Both the position numbers and the translations under genes were made by a program. Shown here one piece after another: positions 60,428-64,000 of a stretch of 64,000 bases of DNA (position 1 is the first letter of the stretch; every line of letters begins with the position of its first letter). The stretch comes from Nitrospira sp. GTDB lineage: Bacteria; Nitrospirota; Nitrospiria; Nitrospirales; Nitrospiraceae. The DNA is taken from the NCBI GenBank assembly GCA_047150005.1, contig AP038806.1, positions 3,232,001 to 3,296,000 of the forward strand, in the 5' to 3' direction. The notes beneath the pieces were generated by a model. It made no database searches. It was not told the origin of the DNA and saw only the letters and a list, made by a program, of their open reading frames with translations.

Positions 60428-60682
60428 ATTGCGCTCATGCCCTTCTAATGTTGGAAGGGTACGATGAGATGTCCAGTGAGATTGATGTCGGAGCATGACC
60501 ATGGCGTATCTGAACATGCGGATCTACCTGGCGGCAATAGCCATGTGTGTGTCCTCATTCATTGCGCGTTCTATGACGGCGCGAAGCCGGAAGAGGGCCG
60601 TCGTCACGACGCGACTCCATAAGGCCTGACGCCGTTGGAATCCTGCAGGCCGGACCCGATCGTTGCCGGGGCGTCGGCGCTT

Positions 60683-61990
60683 TCACGGCGAAGAAGCCGC
60701 CTTAAGATCCGGATACGTTTCCAGTAGACGTTTGACCAGACAGTCTGGATAGTTATCGGGCAGCAGCCAGACGTTGTTGGCCGAGCCGGCCTTCAGACAC
60801 CGCTGCCTCGCCGGGACCGGATATCGCATCGAAACCGTGACGTCGGATGAAATCCAGTCATTGGCGAACCAATAGCCATGTCCCTTCATGCCATGCAACT
60901 CATGGGCGCCCTGCACATCCGTCACATCGATGACCTCGAAGGTCGAGTCGGTCGCAAAGGCATCCAGTTGCTCCTGTGAGAGGTCCTTGACGTTGGGCCT
61001 GCCCACTCGGGATGTTCTGGCCAAGAACGCCGAGAAACCCAGCGCCTCGTCCTTCCGTGACACATAGACGATGATCTGGCTTGCCAGCTGCCTGATGACA
61101 GGAAACCCGTCGCGGGCGAAGGTTTTCACGTCAAGATCGGATGCCGCGAAAATCACATTGCCGATGCGGAAACGTCTCTGGAGCTCCTCCGGACCGGCGT
61201 CCGGATATCGGACTCGCAGGCGTACGAGCGCGTCGGCCAGCAGCGGGGAGCCGCAGCTGTAGGCCACCAGGTTCAGCCGCACCGCCCGCGTGTGCGTCAT
61301 CAAGACGATCAATCGTTCGATGTCGGGAATGTACTTGAGCGCGCGGGGACAGTCGGTAAGATAGTTCCAGAAATACAGATTCGTCGGCCACTGAAAGGAT
61401 ACCGTTGCAGAATGGCCGAGGTATCTGGCGAACGACGCCATCAGGACCGAAACCTCGTCGAAGGTGACACGGTACCCGTGTACGTACAGCGTCAGGTCCT
61501 GGTTTCTGGTCAGCCCCAGATGGTCATCGATGGCGGCCACGAACGCCCGTTCGGATGCGGTCAGTTCCGCGTCCCCCCGCAGAAGTCCGAATTCTCGTAC
61601 CTGTTGCACGTGCGCCGGGCGTGGGCTGTCGATTCGGTCGGTCAGGTCGGATGCGACTAACTGATTCCAGTCCCAGCCCGGACTGCCGAGGACGACGTCG
61701 GCGACTCCCAGCATAACGGCCTCGCTCTCGGTGGCGGAGTAGTGTCCGGGCGATCCGGGTGAAACCGGCTTGCGACTGGTTGCGTAGAAGACCGGTATTT
61801 GAGGCGAACGAAGGACCACAGGCACACGGCGTGAGAGGTCGATGCGCGTGTCCTTGAACAGCAGCGGCGTGGGCATCATATGCGGTTCTGCCGGTGTACA
61901 TCCGGTTGTGACGGCCGCGAGACTCGTTGCCACAAAGGACAGCACCGTGAGCAGGTTGGTGATCCGACCTCCCGCACAGACCCGGCTCAT
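60683..61990 (-). CDS. Alpha/beta hydrolase (DUF900-like) lipoprotein
   Basis: VFYATSR, LYVHGY, FQWP, AYSCG elbow, AASDLD, GHGYW. Confidence 0.82.
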   Translation of the reverse strand: MSRVCAGGRITNLLTVLSFVATSLAAVTTGCTPAEPHMMPTPLLFKDTRIDLSRRVPVVLRSPQIPVFYATSRKPVSPGSPGHYSATESEAVMLGVADVVLGSPGWDWNQLVASDLTDRIDSPRPAHVQQVREFGLLRGDAELTASERAFVAAIDDHLGLTRNQDLTLYVHGYRVTFDEVSVLMASFARYLGHSATVSFQWPTNLYFWNYLTDCPRALKYIPDIERLIVLMTHTRAVRLNLVAYSCGSPLLADALVRLRVRYPDAGPEELQRRFRIGNVIFAASDLDVKTFARDGFPVIRQLASQIIVYVSRKDEALGFSAFLARTSRVGRPNVKDLSQEQLDAFATDSTFEVIDVTDVQGAHELHGMKGHGYWFANDWISSDVTVSMRYPVPARQRCLKAGSANNVWLLPDNYPDCLVKRLLETYPDLKAASSP

Positions 61991-62184
61991 AATCAGTCTC
62001 TGTCGGAGAAAGAGCGTGATATCGGAGCGTTGGGCACGGTTGGATGTAGCTCGAATCCGATCCACTGTCAAGGCGACGGCCTCCTCTCGATCTGTCGCAG
62101 GCGAATGCGTACAATGTGACGCGGGAGAGGGATTGGATAATGCGCACAGGTCATGACCCAGACGGCAAGGCCGGCAATGTCCGA

Positions 62185-62808
62185 ATGGTTTCTGGAATGT
62201 CGGCCCTCTTGGCAAGAGTACGGCTCCCGGCATCGATTCAGGCGATCGTCCTCCTCCTGTTGGCCGGCTGCTCGACGACGTCGCTCGACATGTCGAACCA
62301 ACCGGTCGAGCCTCCGGGTCCAGGTTGGGGTGTCGTTGTGGGATCGGTGTTGGTGGAAGCGGAGGACGACCCGCCGGATTCCTGGTGGAACCGGACGTTC
62401 GGCCGCAATGCGGAGGGGTTCACCTATGAATTCCAGATCGTCAAGGTTGAATTGACCGACCCGAACGGTACGTCCCATCCCTATGCCCAGCAGTATCGGC
62501 TGGATGCCAAGCCGAGAGTGGAACGCATGTTTGTCGCCCGGCTTCCGGTCGGGAGCTATCTCATCAAGACGTTCCGGCATGAGGGGCTGTCTGCGATCGG
62601 AGGAGACCTCGATGTGAGGTTCTCCGTGGAGGCGGGCCGCACGCAGTATCTGGGCCGGTTGGTCCTCGATGTGCCCCGGCGCGTGAGTTTTGGAGCACCG
62701 TACACGTTTCGGATTGTCGATGAGCGGGCCACCGCGATCGCTGCGATCCGGCAGCGACAACCTGCACTGGCAGAAGAGGTCGTGAACCGTCCGATGCAGG
62801 TGCGATAG
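62185..62808 (+). CDS. Hypothetical lipoprotein
   Basis: Lipobox LAGC, LPVGSY, FSVEAGRTQYLG; start approximate. Confidence 0.75.
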   Translation: MVSGMSALLARVRLPASIQAIVLLLLAGCSTTSLDMSNQPVEPPGPGWGVVVGSVLVEAEDDPPDSWWNRTFGRNAEGFTYEFQIVKVELTDPNGTSHPYAQQYRLDAKPRVERMFVARLPVGSYLIKTFRHEGLSAIGGDLDVRFSVEAGRTQYLGRLVLDVPRRVSFGAPYTFRIVDERATAIAAIRQRQPALAEEVVNRPMQVR

Positions 62809-62841
62809 GGGATTGCCGTGTCGCCCGCCGCTGGCGACTGC

Positions 62842-63050
62842 TCATCGCAAGTGGGTGGCTTCGAACCGCGCCAGCGTCGTCCCTGGTTGTCATAGATCTC
62901 GAGATGTTTCCCGATCACCTTCCAGGTTTCGACATTCCGCAGCGCATCCAGGAAAGCCTGTTCTTGCCGCATTCCATCCGCGCAGGCCATTTTCGTGGTG
63001 GCCATTTGACTGAAGCGGAGCCTCTGGCCCTCGACGTCATTGCTTCCCAT
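62842..63050 (-). pseudogene. META/HslJ domain fragment, 5'-truncated and frameshifted
   Basis: FSQMATTKMAC...QEQAFLDAL; expected tail TTLARFEA lies in another frame. Confidence 0.7.
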
Positions 63051-63259
63051 GAGCAGGTAGCACGTGATCCCCGGCTGATCTGTCCTTTCTGAGGAGGGTT
63101 TGCCGAGATCGTTATCGATGCCTTCTAAGATTTCATCAGGAGATGAGGTCTTGCTGTTCTACCATTCTATTGATCTCCCGGTGCCGCCGGAGTATGGTGC
63201 GGACCGATTCGGCAGAGGCAAGCGGAGGACTCATTCGATTGGCATGGTGCCCCCTTGAG

Positions 63260-64000
63260 ATGACTCCTGATTCGTGGCTGTTCAAGTTGCTGGAATTTTA
63301 CGGAACCCGTCTGCACCATCGTGGACAATGGAAAGTCCATGCACTGTTGCGCAAGTGGTTGCAGCCCAACCTGGATGTCGATCTCGAAGTGATGCGGGAC
63401 GGACATCGTTGGCTGCTCAATCCCTCGGATTTCGTGCAGGCGGAATTTTTCTGGCTGGGAGAGCGTGACACTTGGGATGTTCTATTGGCCAAGCGGCTGA
63501 TTCGCCCCGCCGACGTCCTGTTCGATGTGGGCGCCAATTTCGGACACTATGCGATCACGCTGGCCGATGCCCTGGGTCGTGCGTGTGAGGTCCATGCCTT
63601 TGAACCGTTTCCTGCCAATGCCGAGCGGCTGCGGACCAATATTCGTTTGAACGAATTGGAACACGTCATTCACGTTCATCCGATCGGCCTGTCTGATGCC
63701 GCCGGGATCGGCAAGATGATGATTCGAGCGGACAATTCCGGCGCCGCCACGTTGGCTGTGACGGACGACGCGCCTGTTGCCGCGCACAACATTGAGCTCA
63801 TCACGTTGGACGAGTTCTGTGAGCGGAAGGCCATCGCCAAGGTCGATTTCATCAAAGTCGATGTCGAGGGATTCGAGGAGAGAATGATTTTGGGAAGCAG
63901 GAGGACGATCCAGCGATCGGCCCCGACGATGCTGATCGAGTTTGATCCGCCGAAACTCGTCCGGGCGGGCTCTTCTGTGGATCGGCTGGCGGCTCTGCTG
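63260..64000 (+). CDS. FkbM-family methyltransferase (runs off the window end)
   Basis: FDVGANFG, VHAFEP, ITLDEF, DFIKVDVEGFE in one open frame from ATG 63260. Confidence 0.9.
   Translation, partial: MTPDSWLFKLLEFYGTRLHHRGQWKVHALLRKWLQPNLDVDLEVMRDGHRWLLNPSDFVQAEFFWLGERDTWDVLLAKRLIRPADVLFDVGANFGHYAITLADALGRACEVHAFEPFPANAERLRTNIRLNELEHVIHVHPIGLSDAAGIGKMMIRADNSGAATLAVTDDAPVAAHNIELITLDEFCERKAIAKVDFIKVDVEGFEERMILGSRRTIQRSAPTMLIEFDPPKLVRAGSSVDRLAALL

Overview
GC-rich bacterial chromosome segment, most likely Nitrospira (inferred from gene content and repeat style, not from a database hit). From left to right it contains: clpB; a GlrK/QseG/GlrR (QseEGF)-like kinase-lipoprotein-sigma54 activator trio; a small accessory stretch next to tRNA-Thr(TGT); a phosphate-uptake block (phoU-pstBACS, a divergent porin, three lipoproteins, a second pstS) marked by four 11-bp-period TTAAC boxes; a type II secretion cluster with no secretin gene; an FAD/Fe-S oxidoreductase + 79-aa diheme cytochrome + GG-less ubiquitin-fold protein + MFS unit; a GH15-TVP38-pentaheme cytochrome unit; and an accessory right third. 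That last part holds a CTAG-flanked MITE, two PilZ genes with near-identical sigma54 promoters, a form IV RuBisCO-like protein with KDDQ, an internally deleted nagZ, an IS30 inserted in a REP doublet that supplies its stop codon, a 12-bp VNTR at a cytochrome c start, tandem DUF4136 genes, a META pseudogene and a partial FkbM methyltransferase. No CRISPR array or rRNA was seen. All product calls come from motif recognition by eye.
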